A stretch of DNA of 45,991 nt from positions 1 to 45,991 of the forward strand of contig JAVZNT010000004.1 of the NCBI GenBank assembly GCA_038882655.1, in the 5' to 3' direction. Source of the DNA: Candidatus Bathyarchaeia archaeon (lineage in GTDB: Archaea; Thermoproteota; Bathyarchaeia; Bathyarchaeales; Bathycorpusculaceae). Shown here piece by piece: positions 1 to 10,245 of the stretch (position 1 is its first letter; the number at the start of each line of letters is the position of its first letter). The position numbers were made by a program, and so were the translations under genes. The notes beneath the pieces are model-generated. The model was not told the origin of the DNA, ran no database searches, and saw only the letters and a list, made by a program, of their open reading frames with translations.

Positions 1-1137
1 TTATGGTTTTATTGCTATTTTCAGCCCTTCATGTTTCTTCATTGTTTCTATGCCCTTTTCTGTTTCCTCTAGACTGAACTTATGTGTGACTAATTCTCTG
101 AAGGGAACATTATCAAAGTTTGAATACAGAAGGTTTATTGCGGTTTCAAACTGGGTGGGCGGATAAATCCAACTTCCAAGGATATCCAAATCTTTTCTGC
201 AAATAACGTAGGGATGTATTTCGATGCCTCCAGAATCAACGAAATGGCCAACCTCAACATATCGTCCACCGTTTCTCGTCATTTCTATGCCTTGAATGAA
301 GGCTGCGGGTACACCAGTACATTCTACAACAACGTCGCCACCAAGTCCATTAGTGAGCTTTTTGACTTCGCTGATTAAGTCTTCTGCCTTGCTGAAATCC
401 TTTATGTTGAGCGTATGATCAGCACCAAATTTCTGAGCGATTTTTAACCTTGTGTCAGACATATCGATCATTATTGTTTTCCCTGCACCAACTATTTTTG
501 CAACCATCAAAACAAGCAGCCCGATAGGTCCTGCCCCTTGGACTACAACACTTCTACATGGTCCGAAACCCTCACCAATGTAGGAAAGCCCAGGTTCAAA
601 GGCTCTTTCAAGTGCACGGCTGGCAACGGCCATAGGTTCGATCAGAACAGCAACGTCCTCTGGCATGTCAGCGGGTAATTTATAAACCCAAAAGTGCACA
701 GGGTCTACATACACGTATTCGCTGTAACCCCCGAAAAGGTGCGGATGTTCTTTGCAACTTATTGTTGATCCGTATGCGCGTCTATTCTGGCATAGATTCG
801 GTTTATGGGGCATAAACTTGCAAAAATAACATTTTCCACAGAAAAGACTTGTGCCAGGGACAATTGTTATTCTATCCCCTTCAGCTAAAGTTTGTCCCTT
901 AGCTTCAAGCCTCCTAGCTTCCTCTCCGATCTCCTCTACCTTTCCGCAGAATTCATGCCCAAGTATCACCGGATACTGAATTTTCATTCTTCCCTCGTAA
1001 ATATGTACATCTGTCCCACAAATTCCACAAATTTCAGTCCGCATCAAGATTGCGTCTTTTTTAACTTCTGGTTTATCGAAGTATGTTACTTCAATCTTTC
1101 TGGGTTCTACCAAAACAGCGGCTTTAACCTTGGTCAT
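1..1137 (-). CDS. Zn-dependent medium-chain alcohol/polyol dehydrogenase
   Basis: CGTD, GHE, structural Zn motif CxxCxxC..C, GAGPIG Rossmann motif. Start set at ATG 1137 after an AGGGGGA SD-like site. Confidence 0.92.
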   Translation of the reverse strand: MTKVKAAVLVEPRKIEVTYFDKPEVKKDAILMRTEICGICGTDVHIYEGRMKIQYPVILGHEFCGKVEEIGEEARRLEAKGQTLAEGDRITIVPGTSLFCGKCYFCKFMPHKPNLCQNRRAYGSTISCKEHPHLFGGYSEYVYVDPVHFWVYKLPADMPEDVAVLIEPMAVASRALERAFEPGLSYIGEGFGPCRSVVVQGAGPIGLLVLMVAKIVGAGKTIMIDMSDTRLKIAQKFGADHTLNIKDFSKAEDLISEVKKLTNGLGGDVVVECTGVPAAFIQGIEMTRNGGRYVEVGHFVDSGGIEIHPYVICRKDLDILGSWIYPPTQFETAINLLYSNFDNVPFRELVTHKFSLEETEKGIETMKKHEGLKIAIKP

Positions 1138-1270
1138 CTTACTTCCCCCTGAATTTTGGATTCTATTCGCAAACATCCAGCGTCATAAGTTTTATGGTTA
1201 TCTCTACTCTAAAAATATTTTTAAGCCAAAACTTTATTTAGTCAACATTTCACATGATGAGGGAAATGTC

Positions 1271-3127
1271 ATGATAGGCGTTTATAATGGCAGAGTTTTA
1301 AGGGTTGACTTAAACGATTCAAAATTCTCCGTAGAGAATGTGGATCACTCTGTCTTTAAGAACTTTCTTGGTGGCGTTGGGCTAGCTGCAAAAGTAATGA
1401 TTGACGAGGTAAACCCTAAAGTTGAACCGTTTGCGCCTGAAAACTACCTAATCTTTGCGCCCGGAGCATTAACAGGGTCGTCTATACCCGCTGGCAATAA
1501 ATCCGTTTTCGTTACGAAATCTCCTTTAACAAACGCTTGGGGGGAGGCTACTTTTTCTGGCGTCTGTGGAATAAACTTGAAGCGCGCGGGATTTGACGGT
1601 TTGATAATAAAGGGTAAAGCTGAGAGGCCATTATACCTATTTATTTCAGACGATACCTTTGAACTCAGGGATGCTACAAAAATTTGGAACATGGAAACTT
1701 TTGATGCATGTACAGCAATTAAGAAGGAACTTGACTTAAAAGAGGTAGGGATTGCTTGTATAGGTCCGGCTGGAGAGAAACTTGTTAGAATAGCATCCAT
1801 AATTTCTGATGATGGAAGGGCTGCTGGAAGATGTGGTGTAGGAGCTGTGATGGGTTCTAAGAATCTTAAGGCAATAGCTATTCATGGAACTGGCGAGATA
1901 GAGGTTGCTGATAAAAAGAGATTCGATGAAGTAAAGAGGGCTATGTTAAAGGTCATCGCCGAAAAGAAACCGCTGCAATTCGGTACCGCCGGTTCGGTAG
2001 AGGCATTTAATGAAATGGGCAATCTGCCAACTAAAAACTGGACGCTTGGAGTTTTCTCCGGAGCGAAAAATATAAGCGGGCAATTTATAACTGAACGGTT
2101 CTCGCCCAGAAAAAGAGCGTGCTTTGCGTGTCCAGTTGCCTGTGGAAGAGAGATTGAATTAAAAGAGGGACCTTATGCACCGTTAAAATGTTACGGACCA
2201 GAATACGAAACTGTTGCGGCTTTAGGCTCGCTTTGCATGAATGACAAAATTGAGTCAATAATTAAGGCTAATGACATATGCAATAGGTTGGGAGTGGACA
2301 CGATATCAACAGGAGCGGCAATAGCCTTTGCCATGGAATGCTTTGAGAAAGGCTTACTCGCTGGTGCGGATACTGGTGGCTTAGAGGTTAAGTGGGGAGA
2401 TCCTGAAGTGATAGTGAGATTATGTGAACTTATTGGCAGAAAAGAAGGCTTTGGGACTTTATTGGGCGAAGGCGTGAAAGTCGCATCGAAAGTTATAGGT
2501 AGAAATTCCGATAGGTTTGCGTTACATGTTAAAGGTTTAGAACTGCCTATGCACAGCCCATACCGGTTTAAGGAGATGGGACTTGCATACGCAGTTTCTA
2601 ATAGAGGCGCATGTCACAACCGGGGTAGTCCCGCTTATGTCTCGCGAGGAATTCTTATTCCAGAATTTGGCTACACCGAGAAAACTGATGGTTTTACAAC
2701 ACAAAGTAAGGCGAAACTAACCGCCGATCATCAAGACATATGCACAATGATAGATGCGCTTGGCATCTGCAAATTTATCGTCTTCTTCGGGGGAATAAGC
2801 GTCACAATGCTTGCCGAGGCTTATTCAGCGGCAATAGGGTGGCATGTAGAACCTAGTGAAATGAAAAAAACTGGCGCGAGAATATGGTTTTTGCAGCGCA
2901 TCTTCAATTACAACGCTGGCTTAAGGCGAAACGATGACACTTTACCTGAAAGATTTCTGAAAGAACCACTGAAAGAAGGGGCTGCAGCAAACCAAACGGT
3001 AGATCTGGAAACGATGTTAAACGAGTATTACGAAATTCGCGGGTTAGACAATACTGATGGAAAACCAAAGATAAGCAAAATAAAAGAGTTAGCATTAGAT
3101 TTTGTCATTCCTAAAATTTCTACATGA
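1271..3127 (+). CDS. aor: Tungsten-dependent aldehyde:ferredoxin oxidoreductase family protein
   Basis: KSPLT, GRCGVGAVMGSKNLKAI, CFACPVAC, EYET, DTIS, RGACH and DDTLPERF motifs. Start moved to ATG 1271 after GAGGGA. Confidence 0.93.
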   Translation: MIGVYNGRVLRVDLNDSKFSVENVDHSVFKNFLGGVGLAAKVMIDEVNPKVEPFAPENYLIFAPGALTGSSIPAGNKSVFVTKSPLTNAWGEATFSGVCGINLKRAGFDGLIIKGKAERPLYLFISDDTFELRDATKIWNMETFDACTAIKKELDLKEVGIACIGPAGEKLVRIASIISDDGRAAGRCGVGAVMGSKNLKAIAIHGTGEIEVADKKRFDEVKRAMLKVIAEKKPLQFGTAGSVEAFNEMGNLPTKNWTLGVFSGAKNISGQFITERFSPRKRACFACPVACGREIELKEGPYAPLKCYGPEYETVAALGSLCMNDKIESIIKANDICNRLGVDTISTGAAIAFAMECFEKGLLAGADTGGLEVKWGDPEVIVRLCELIGRKEGFGTLLGEGVKVASKVIGRNSDRFALHVKGLELPMHSPYRFKEMGLAYAVSNRGACHNRGSPAYVSRGILIPEFGYTEKTDGFTTQSKAKLTADHQDICTMIDALGICKFIVFFGGISVTMLAEAYSAAIGWHVEPSEMKKTGARIWFLQRIFNYNAGLRRNDDTLPERFLKEPLKEGAAANQTVDLETMLNEYYEIRGLDNTDGKPKISKIKELALDFVIPKIST

Positions 3128-3140
3128 CTGGAGGGGGAAA

Positions 3141-3413
3141 TTGATACGTGTTAAATTAATAGTCTTGCATAAGGCTTTGAAGGAGATTTTAAACAAAGAC
3201 CTAACAATAGAACTCGCAGAAGGAGCAACAATAAGGGACTTAATCCAAAGGCTTGATTTAGTATACAAAGGTGCCGTATCAGAGATCTTGAGAATAGACA
3301 AACAAGTTTCCATTCTTCTCAACGGCCAAGACATTGAGCACCTAGGTAGTTTAAACAAGAAACTTGCCGACGGAGATTGTATAGCATTCATTCCTCTTGT
3401 AGCTGGAGGTTAA
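3141..3413 (+). CDS. MoaD/ThiS/SAMP ubiquitin-like sulfur carrier
   Basis: About 90 aa with ILLNG..I, DGD and C-terminal VAGG; directly after aor. TTG start after GGAGG. Confidence 0.9.
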   Translation: MIRVKLIVLHKALKEILNKDLTIELAEGATIRDLIQRLDLVYKGAVSEILRIDKQVSILLNGQDIEHLGSLNKKLADGDCIAFIPLVAGG

Positions 3414-3590
3414 TTTTCAGCACTTCTTGTTTTACAAGAGTCTAGAGTTTTATTCGGATAAAACCAACAAGATTTTTACGACTAGTTACCTTATGAAAAT
3501 CCACAAGAGAAACATTTCTAAGAAACGATGAAAATCAGCATTAACGATTAAAGAAGGAAAGAAACATGTCAGACAAGGGTGGGATAACCC

Positions 3591-4733
3591 ATTAAACTAT
3601 TCGAATATGAGGCTAAGGAAATCTTCAGAAACTTTGGGATACCTACGCCAAAGGCAGTTGTTGTCAAATCCCCCGCATATGTTGTCTCAGCAGTTGAAAA
3701 AGTGGGTTTGCCTCTCGTCATTAAGGCACAAGTGCTTATGGGGGGAAGAGGCAAAGCTGGAGGCATCCGGTTTGCAAAAAGTCTTGATGAAGCTGTCAAA
3801 GAAGCTGAGACTTTGTTGAACAACAAATTAAAAGGACATACTGTAAAGAGCGTGCTACTAGAGGAAAAGTTGAACATAAAGAAGGAGTACTACGTTGGAG
3901 TCACCATCAACCAGCCCACTGGGAAGCTAGTTATAATGTTCTCAACAGAAGGTGGAATGGACATTGAAGAAATAGCCAAGGAAAAACCGGAAGCACTCAT
4001 TTCTAGAAAGATAAGCATAAGCAGAGGTTTCTATGAGTTTGAGGCGCGCAACATGTGCAAACAACTCGGCCTAGAGGGGGCTCTCCTAACAAGGGTTAGT
4101 GGAATCCTCCGTAAACTTTATGACGTTTTTGTTAAATACGACGCACTAACAGCCGAGATAAACCCGCTAGTTGTAACTGAAAACGAGGAAGTCTACGCTG
4201 CTGACGCTAAAATTGAAATAGATGACGACGCGCTTTACCGCCAAACAAGCCTCAACATCAAACCAGAAGAGAGAATCGAAGACCCCTTGATGGCTGAAGC
4301 CACTAAAATTGGTGTTACCTATGTGAAATTAGACGGAGACATAGGAATAATCGGCTCAGGAGCCGGGCTAACTATGGCTACAATAGACATCATCAACGAC
4401 TTCGGAGGCAAAGCTGCGAACTTTCTTGAAACTGGAGGGAGCATAAGCGAGCAGCTAATGTATAACTCTGTTAAACTCCTCCTTCAAGACAAGAGGCTAA
4501 AAGCCTTATTCATAAACCTCTACGGAGGCATAAACCCGATGGTTCAAGCAGCAAATGGCATAGCCAAAGCATACAAGGAACTGAAAGTCACCATGCCAGT
4601 GCTAGTAAAACTTATTGGAAACGAACAGGAGAAAGCTTGGGAAATTTTGGAAAGCGCCGGCATACCTGTTGTTAAAAGCATACAGACCGAAGAAGCTGTC
4701 GCGAAACTAACGGAAATGATAGGGAGGCACTAG
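3591..4733 (+). CDS. sucC: ADP-forming succinyl-CoA synthetase-like beta subunit (substrate uncertain); probable ATT start
   Basis: (I)[10 protein letters not shown]-terminus, [22 protein letters not shown]. An in-frame TAA at 3585-3587 bounds the start. Confidence 0.88.
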   Translation: MKLFEYEAKEIFRNFGIPTPKAVVVKSPAYVVSAVEKVGLPLVIKAQVLMGGRGKAGGIRFAKSLDEAVKEAETLLNNKLKGHTVKSVLLEEKLNIKKEYYVGVTINQPTGKLVIMFSTEGGMDIEEIAKEKPEALISRKISISRGFYEFEARNMCKQLGLEGALLTRVSGILRKLYDVFVKYDALTAEINPLVVTENEEVYAADAKIEIDDDALYRQTSLNIKPEERIEDPLMAEATKIGVTYVKLDGDIGIIGSGAGLTMATIDIINDFGGKAANFLETGGSISEQLMYNSVKLLLQDKRLKALFINLYGGINPMVQAANGIAKAYKELKVTMPVLVKLIGNEQEKAWEILESAGIPVVKSIQTEEAVAKLTEMIGRH

Positions 4734-4737
4734 CCAC

Positions 4738-5604
4738 ATGGGCATACTTGTCGATGAAAACACGAGAGTTCTGGTGCAAGGCATAACCGGACGTGTCGGA
4801 AGCATTCAGACAAAACTTATGCTTGAATACAGAACAAAGATTGTTGCTGGAGTCACGCCTGGGAAAGGGGGCACAACTGTCTACAACGTGCCGGTCTACG
4901 ACACGGTTGAAGAAGCCGTCGCGAAAACTAGTGCAGACACATCGATACTATTTGTCCCAGCGGCTTTTACAAAAGACGCAGTCATTGAGGCGGTGGACGC
5001 TGGCATAAAACTAATCATAGCGATACCGGAACACGTCCCGGTACATGACACCGTGCGAATGGTCGAATACGCCAAAAACAAAAACGCGAGAATAATAGGC
5101 CCGACAACTCCTGGCATAATCAGCCCTGGAAAAACAAAAATTGGAATCATGCCCGCAAACGTCTTTTATGAAGGAAATGTAGGAATAATCTCTAGAAGCG
5201 GAACCTTGCTTTATGAGATTGCAGGAAACCTTAGCTTAGCAGGAATCGGACAAAGCACATGTCTAGGAATAGGTGGAGATCCCGTTGTTGGAACTAGCTT
5301 AACAGAAGTGTTACAAATGTTCCAAGAAGATGACCAAACAAAGCTCATCGTAATCGTGGGAGAAATTGGTGGAATACAAGAAGAGGAGGCATCAAGCTTC
5401 GTAAAGAAAATGGACAAACCAGTCATCGCCTACATAGCTGGCAGATCAGCGCCTCCCGGACAAAGAATGGGACACGCAGGTGCAATAATTCTCGGTGAAA
5501 AAGGAACAGCTGAAAGCAAAATAAAAGCCCTTAAAAAAGCTGGGGTAAAGATAGCCCGTAAACCTGCAGATATAGTCAGCATTGTAAAAACACTTTTAAT
5601 TTAG
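4738..5604 (+). CDS. sucD: Succinyl-CoA synthetase-like alpha subunit
   Basis: [24 protein letters not shown], and phospho-His motif MGHAGA. Confidence 0.93.
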   Translation: MGILVDENTRVLVQGITGRVGSIQTKLMLEYRTKIVAGVTPGKGGTTVYNVPVYDTVEEAVAKTSADTSILFVPAAFTKDAVIEAVDAGIKLIIAIPEHVPVHDTVRMVEYAKNKNARIIGPTTPGIISPGKTKIGIMPANVFYEGNVGIISRSGTLLYEIAGNLSLAGIGQSTCLGIGGDPVVGTSLTEVLQMFQEDDQTKLIVIVGEIGGIQEEEASSFVKKMDKPVIAYIAGRSAPPGQRMGHAGAIILGEKGTAESKIKALKKAGVKIARKPADIVSIVKTLLI

Positions 5605-5653
5605 AGAGAAGCTGTCTCTTTATTGATTAGTGAATACTTCATTGAGAGGTTTG

Positions 5654-6928
5654 CTATCCTTGAAGTTTGAAGCGGAGAATTGCGGCGATTCCGCCAAAGG
5701 AGTTTTTCAGCATTTGCCCCTCTTCAGTTTCGTCAGAAATTATTTCAACGTCAGTGTTTGTGTACTCGGCTAGTTGAGCGAAATTTTCTATGAGCTCTTG
5801 TTTTTCAACAATATGTAGGGATGGGACTTTACAGTTTGAGCATGGTTTTCCAGTGAGGCTTTGTTCAAAGCTTATTAATATAGGTCCCTTAACAGTCTGC
5901 TGTTCCTCATAGCCACATGCACCGCACTTGATTCTGACACGTACAATATCAAGACTTTCTGAAAGCAGCAAAGTTTTAACGGCGCCCGCTTCTAAGGCTT
6001 TTCTGACGGTTTCTTCTCCATAAGTTGCGAGGCCCGTGTCATGACCTACCTCATAAAGGAACTGCTGGATTATTTGCCTCTCTTCTATGTAGCGGATTTT
6101 CCTCATAATCTCCGGTGCCTTGTCTACAACCTCTTTTATCCCTTGCTCATCTACGTAGGCGGTGTCAACAGTATCAATAATCTTTTCCTTCAGCTGATAG
6201 TTTAGGTAATCGCCCTTTTCAAAGTCGTATTTGGTGGGGCCTGGGCCACCAATTATTATACCCTTCAAATTTTCTATTGGAAGAAACACTTCATCTGCGT
6301 GTTCGCCCACACGCCTAAAATACTCTTGGAGACGCATTTCCCTAAGCCTTTCAAATCTTCTGGCGGATTGTCCACCGGCACGAGTTTTTCCCGGAACACC
6401 AGATGTTACTTCCCTAATTACTTCGAGTCTTCTGCCTTGAAGGGTTGCGAGGGTTGCGACTGTCGCGTCGATAAGGAGTATGCCATATGTCTCTTTTTCC
6501 CGCAGCATCTCTTGCAAATGCTCTGTGTGGAAACGAGAATCGCATCTATAGAGGTATATGTTTATGGGTTCAGGTGGTATTATCACGTATGTTTCGATTT
6601 TTTCGCTTCCAGCACCATTTTGGGGAACTGCCCCGCAAAATATTACAAGCCCATTCTCTGGGGTTTCCTTGAAAAGTTTTAGGCGTTGCTGAACCTTGAC
6701 GATGGCGTCTTGGACGTTTTTGCGGGTTGTTGTGGATTTTATGTTTGAAGCGGTACCATACTCCTCCCTAAGCATATTCATAACTTCGCTAATCTGCTTC
6801 CCAGGCGGAATGTAAAGTGAAATAAGCTCTGTTCCCCGTCCCTCTTTATCGGCCAGCGCGTTCAGTATCTTTTTTAATCGGAAGAGTTCGAGGGACGTTC
6901 TTTTTTTAGGGGCGCTCAAATTTTTCAC
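5654..6928 (-). CDS. prf1: Peptide chain release factor aRF1
   Basis: TASNIKS, YRCD, GGQS, GPG and FGGIAAILRF motifs. Confidence 0.97.
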   Translation of the reverse strand: MKNLSAPKKRTSLELFRLKKILNALADKEGRGTELISLYIPPGKQISEVMNMLREEYGTASNIKSTTTRKNVQDAIVKVQQRLKLFKETPENGLVIFCGAVPQNGAGSEKIETYVIIPPEPINIYLYRCDSRFHTEHLQEMLREKETYGILLIDATVATLATLQGRRLEVIREVTSGVPGKTRAGGQSARRFERLREMRLQEYFRRVGEHADEVFLPIENLKGIIIGGPGPTKYDFEKGDYLNYQLKEKIIDTVDTAYVDEQGIKEVVDKAPEIMRKIRYIEERQIIQQFLYEVGHDTGLATYGEETVRKALEAGAVKTLLLSESLDIVRVRIKCGACGYEEQQTVKGPILISFEQSLTGKPCSNCKVPSLHIVEKQELIENFAQLAEYTNTDVEIISDETEEGQMLKNSFGGIAAILRFKLQG

Positions 6929-6992
6929 TTAAAGTTTAATGCTATAAGGCTACATGGCAACGCGCCAAATAAAAATATTGGGCAAATAAAGG

Positions 6993-7976
6993 TTAGGACA
7001 AGCCTAGAACTTCTTTGAGAAATGCCTTATACGGTCCGAGTTTCCCGCCGTAGTTGCCAGCGGAAATTCGTAGGACGCCCGGAACGGTTATGGCTGCCTT
7101 TACTCCTTCGCCCATGGCCTTCTTAACGGCTTCAACTGTTAAGCCGTTGATGACTATTTCGTAGACAGAGTCAACATCTTCTGGCAGTTGGGAGCCCGCC
7201 ACAACCTTTTTCAGTGTTGGACAGAAGGGATGGTTTGTTGAAGCTTTTAGCTTATATTTTAAGGAGCCAGCTTTAGAGCCAGACCGGCAGACTCCGCCTG
7301 GAAAGGGCATTATGACCCCATCCGCGACGTTTTTTATTGTCTTTACTGCTTCTTCTGCTGCTTGTAGTCCCGAGTTTTTGTCCTTTGCCAGTATGAGAAA
7401 GTTTCCCCCGGCAACAGCCTCCGCAACGCCAAACGAGTCTTCCACAATGAATTCGCCTTCCATAACAGGAATTCTCCAAACCTTTCTGCCGCCGATAACG
7501 CCTTTCTTTTGGAAGCCATCGCCAAAATAGCGAAGACTACGCCCAACTTTCATTCTTCTTCTCGCATCTGGAAGGGCATCAAAAGCCGCTGTTGTGGGAC
7601 ACGTCATGATACATTGCCCAATACGGAGTATCATCTGGTTTTTTAGGTCGAAACGATTTCGATTGTAGATTTGTATTATGGCGCCCACTCTTCCATCTGG
7701 AGTCTTTTCCCCTGGAACAAGCCCCTCAACTCCAGCCTCTGCTGGAGCCATAATGACGCTGGTTGCGAAACCGGTTGCCACTTCAGCGGCAGTTAAAGCC
7801 CATTTTTCGCTGTCCGCTGTAATGAGCACTCTCCCAGCCCACATTGGAAACATTTCCGCGAACGTGTCCGAAACTTTTACTGTGTGACCCTTCTGGGACT
7901 TTACTATTAAGCATGGTCCAAACTTGTCTTTTTCGTCGTAGCCAGTTATTTCGAGTTTGGCTTCGCTTTGTATCAT
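6993..7976 (-). CDS. ftr: Formylmethanofuran:H4MPT formyltransferase
   Basis: DTFAE, TPDGR, RIGQC..TCPTT, FGDG, RSGSK and SAGNYGGKLG. Start uncertain (7976 or 8012). Confidence 0.95.
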   Translation of the reverse strand: MIQSEAKLEITGYDEKDKFGPCLIVKSQKGHTVKVSDTFAEMFPMWAGRVLITADSEKWALTAAEVATGFATSVIMAPAEAGVEGLVPGEKTPDGRVGAIIQIYNRNRFDLKNQMILRIGQCIMTCPTTAAFDALPDARRRMKVGRSLRYFGDGFQKKGVIGGRKVWRIPVMEGEFIVEDSFGVAEAVAGGNFLILAKDKNSGLQAAEEAVKTIKNVADGVIMPFPGGVCRSGSKAGSLKYKLKASTNHPFCPTLKKVVAGSQLPEDVDSVYEIVINGLTVEAVKKAMGEGVKAAITVPGVLRISAGNYGGKLGPYKAFLKEVLGLS

Positions 7977-8031
7977 GTTCAAACCTAGCTTTGAGGATAG
8001 GCATAATCTCATTTAAGACTTTTCGCTAAAG

Positions 8032-8046
8032 GTGGCAAAATGCCAC
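8032..8046. promoter_or_regulatory. Inverted repeat GTGGCA-AAA-TGCCAC in the ftr/frhB divergent promoter
   Basis: Perfect 6-bp arms with a 3-nt spacer; function inferred only. Confidence 0.35.
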
Positions 8047-8132
8047 ATTAGTAGCTCATAATTAAATAGCTTTAACCGTCCTAAGAAGCCAACCTAAACT
8101 ATTTATTCTTTAACTCTATAAAAGTGCTTAAT

Positions 8133-9182
8133 ATGAAAACCGCTAAGGTCAGCTTTGAAGAGTCCATAGCTGACGCTGTTATCAAGACTGGGAAATGTGT
8201 TGGCTGCGGCACGTGTGTGCTCGTCTGTCCTTTCGACTGCCTTGAATACGTTGAAGAAAAACCCAACTTAGTGAAGGAGTGTAAAGTTTGCGGCGTATGT
8301 GCACAAGCATGCCCACAATACGATTTCCCATTATCAAAAATTGAGAACTTTGTATTTGGAAGAGAATGTAAGCCTGATGAAGCTTTTGGAATTTACAGAA
8401 GACTTGCATTGGCAAGGGCTACGGACAAACAAATCCTAGGAAAATGCCAAGATGGTGGAGCTGTAACAGCTTTACTTTTATTCGCCCTAAAAAATGGCAT
8501 CATTGACGGAGCAATAGTTACAAGAAGCAAGCGAGAAAAGCCATTTTACCCGCATCCTACACTTGCAATAACGGCTGATGATATTCTGCAGTCGGCTGGA
8601 ACTAAATACTTTTACTCGCCAAATATCCTTGCCATAGCAAAGGCTTTGGAACAAAAACGTGGAAAAATAGCGTTGGTTGGAACACCATGCCAAATTCGCG
8701 CAGTAAGAAAAATGCAGTTTGCCGGATTGAAGAAATACATTAATCTGTTAAAGTTTCTAATTGGACTGGCATGCTCCGAGTGTTTTATTTATAACGGACT
8801 CATGAAACAGCACATTGCCGAAAAGTTGGGAGTAGACCTAAACCGCATTAGAAAAGTTAACATTAAAGGCAAGATGCTGCTAACGCTGGAATCTGAGGCG
8901 GTGGCAATACCACTTGCAGAGGCAAAACAGTACGCTAGAAAAAGCTGCCACTTCTGCGAAGACTTCAGCTCTGAGCTAGCGGACATCTCAGTGGGCGGGC
9001 TTGGACTTGAAGGATGGACCTTTGTGATTATACGAACAGAACGAGGCGAAGAACTATTTTCTAACGCGGAAAAAGCAGGAGCCATTATAACTAAAGAGGC
9101 AAGCATGGAGGCAAACGCTTTAAACCTACTAATCAAGCTTTCCAGAAAGAAGAGGGCTTCAGCTAAAGAAGCCGTTAAATAA
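8133..9182 (+). CDS. Coenzyme F420 hydrogenase/dehydrogenase beta subunit (FrhB/FpoF-like) with N-terminal 2x[4Fe-4S] domain
   Basis: CVGCGTCVLVCP, CKVCGVCAQACP, QDGGAVT, GTKY, VGTPCQ and CHFCEDFSSELADISVG. Confidence 0.92.
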   Translation: MKTAKVSFEESIADAVIKTGKCVGCGTCVLVCPFDCLEYVEEKPNLVKECKVCGVCAQACPQYDFPLSKIENFVFGRECKPDEAFGIYRRLALARATDKQILGKCQDGGAVTALLLFALKNGIIDGAIVTRSKREKPFYPHPTLAITADDILQSAGTKYFYSPNILAIAKALEQKRGKIALVGTPCQIRAVRKMQFAGLKKYINLLKFLIGLACSECFIYNGLMKQHIAEKLGVDLNRIRKVNIKGKMLLTLESEAVAIPLAEAKQYARKSCHFCEDFSSELADISVGGLGLEGWTFVIIRTERGEELFSNAEKAGAIITKEASMEANALNLLIKLSRKKRASAKEAVK

Positions 9183-9264
9183 AGGACACTCAGTCTTTTC
9201 TGAAATACTTATAAACATTGCATTCTAAATATGGCTTCTAGCTTGATGCCTCAAGGTGCACCCC

Positions 9265-10155
9265 TTGAATAAGGTCAAAATTGGCGTCTTCAAATGTGGC
9301 AACATTGGAACTGCACCCTTACTTGAACTACTTTTTGACGAACTAGCTGATAGAGAGGACATAAGCGTTCGAACAATAACAACAGGGGCGAAAATGCTTG
9401 CGGAAGAAGTTGCAGAAGCCTTACCAAAAATCTTTGACTTCAACCCAGAATTCATAATCTTCATTTCGCCAAATCCAGCAGTTCAAGGACCCAAAAAGGC
9501 CATGGAAATCCTTTCAGAAAAGAAAATTCCAAGCATATTCATCTCCGACGCTCCAGGAAAACGCCTCAAAGAGGAATTTGAAAAACAAGGTTTCGGCTAC
9601 ATTATAGTTATGGGCGACCCCCTCATAGGCGCCAGAAAAGAGTTTCTAGACCCAACTGAAATGGCGATTTTCAACTCAAACGTGATAAAAGTGCTGGCAA
9701 TCACAGGCGTCTACAAAATGATTTACCAAGAAATCGACCGTATTATTCACTGCTGCAAGGAAGACATAGCATTCGAACTGCCAAGGCTAATTATAGACAC
9801 CGACAATATTAGGGACAACTCTGACTTTAGAAATCCGTACGCCCTTGCGAAGGCCATGGCAGCTTACGAACTGACAAAGAAGACTGCAGAGATAAACGCG
9901 CGGGCATGTTTCATGGAGAAAGAAAAGGAGAAATACATTCCGTTGGTTGTATGTGCCCATGAAATCGCGCAGGTTGCAGCCAGCCTCGCTGAAGAGGCTA
10001 GGGAAATTGAAAAATACGCGGATACGCTTGTTAGAAGACCCCACTCTAAGGAGGGCAGATTAAAGGTTAAAGATAAGCTGATGATGCCCCCCACTTTTGA
10101 TGAGGAAATTTATCAGAAATGGCTTAAAACGTTGAAGCTGAGCGGCAATCCTTAG
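9265..10155 (+). CDS. mtd: F420-dependent methylene-H4MPT dehydrogenase
   Basis: KCGNIG, DELADREDI, SPNP..GP, IGARKEFLDPTEMA.FN, NPYALAKA and RRPH. TTG start after AGGTG (GTG 9256 is an alternative). Confidence 0.93.
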   Translation: MNKVKIGVFKCGNIGTAPLLELLFDELADREDISVRTITTGAKMLAEEVAEALPKIFDFNPEFIIFISPNPAVQGPKKAMEILSEKKIPSIFISDAPGKRLKEEFEKQGFGYIIVMGDPLIGARKEFLDPTEMAIFNSNVIKVLAITGVYKMIYQEIDRIIHCCKEDIAFELPRLIIDTDNIRDNSDFRNPYALAKAMAAYELTKKTAEINARACFMEKEKEKYIPLVVCAHEIAQVAASLAEEAREIEKYADTLVRRPHSKEGRLKVKDKLMMPPTFDEEIYQKWLKTLKLSGNP

Positions 10156-10245
10156 CTTTGTATATACGCTATTAATACATATATAAGATATTTCGAATAA
10201 GTATATATTTTCCGCCTTCTACTTGATTCTTAGGTGAAAAACAAA

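Noticed and set aside
1130-1270. Long N-terminal extensions in the ORF track (aor; also 18730, 15483, 29211, 39264)
   Set aside because: They overlap neighbouring genes or promoters; downstream starts fit the family N-termini, most with SD-like sites.
3414-3590. Short repeats ATGAAAATC (x2) and AGAAACAT (x2) upstream of sucC
   Set aside because: Short, A-rich and irregularly spaced; not distinguishable from chance and not CRISPR-like.
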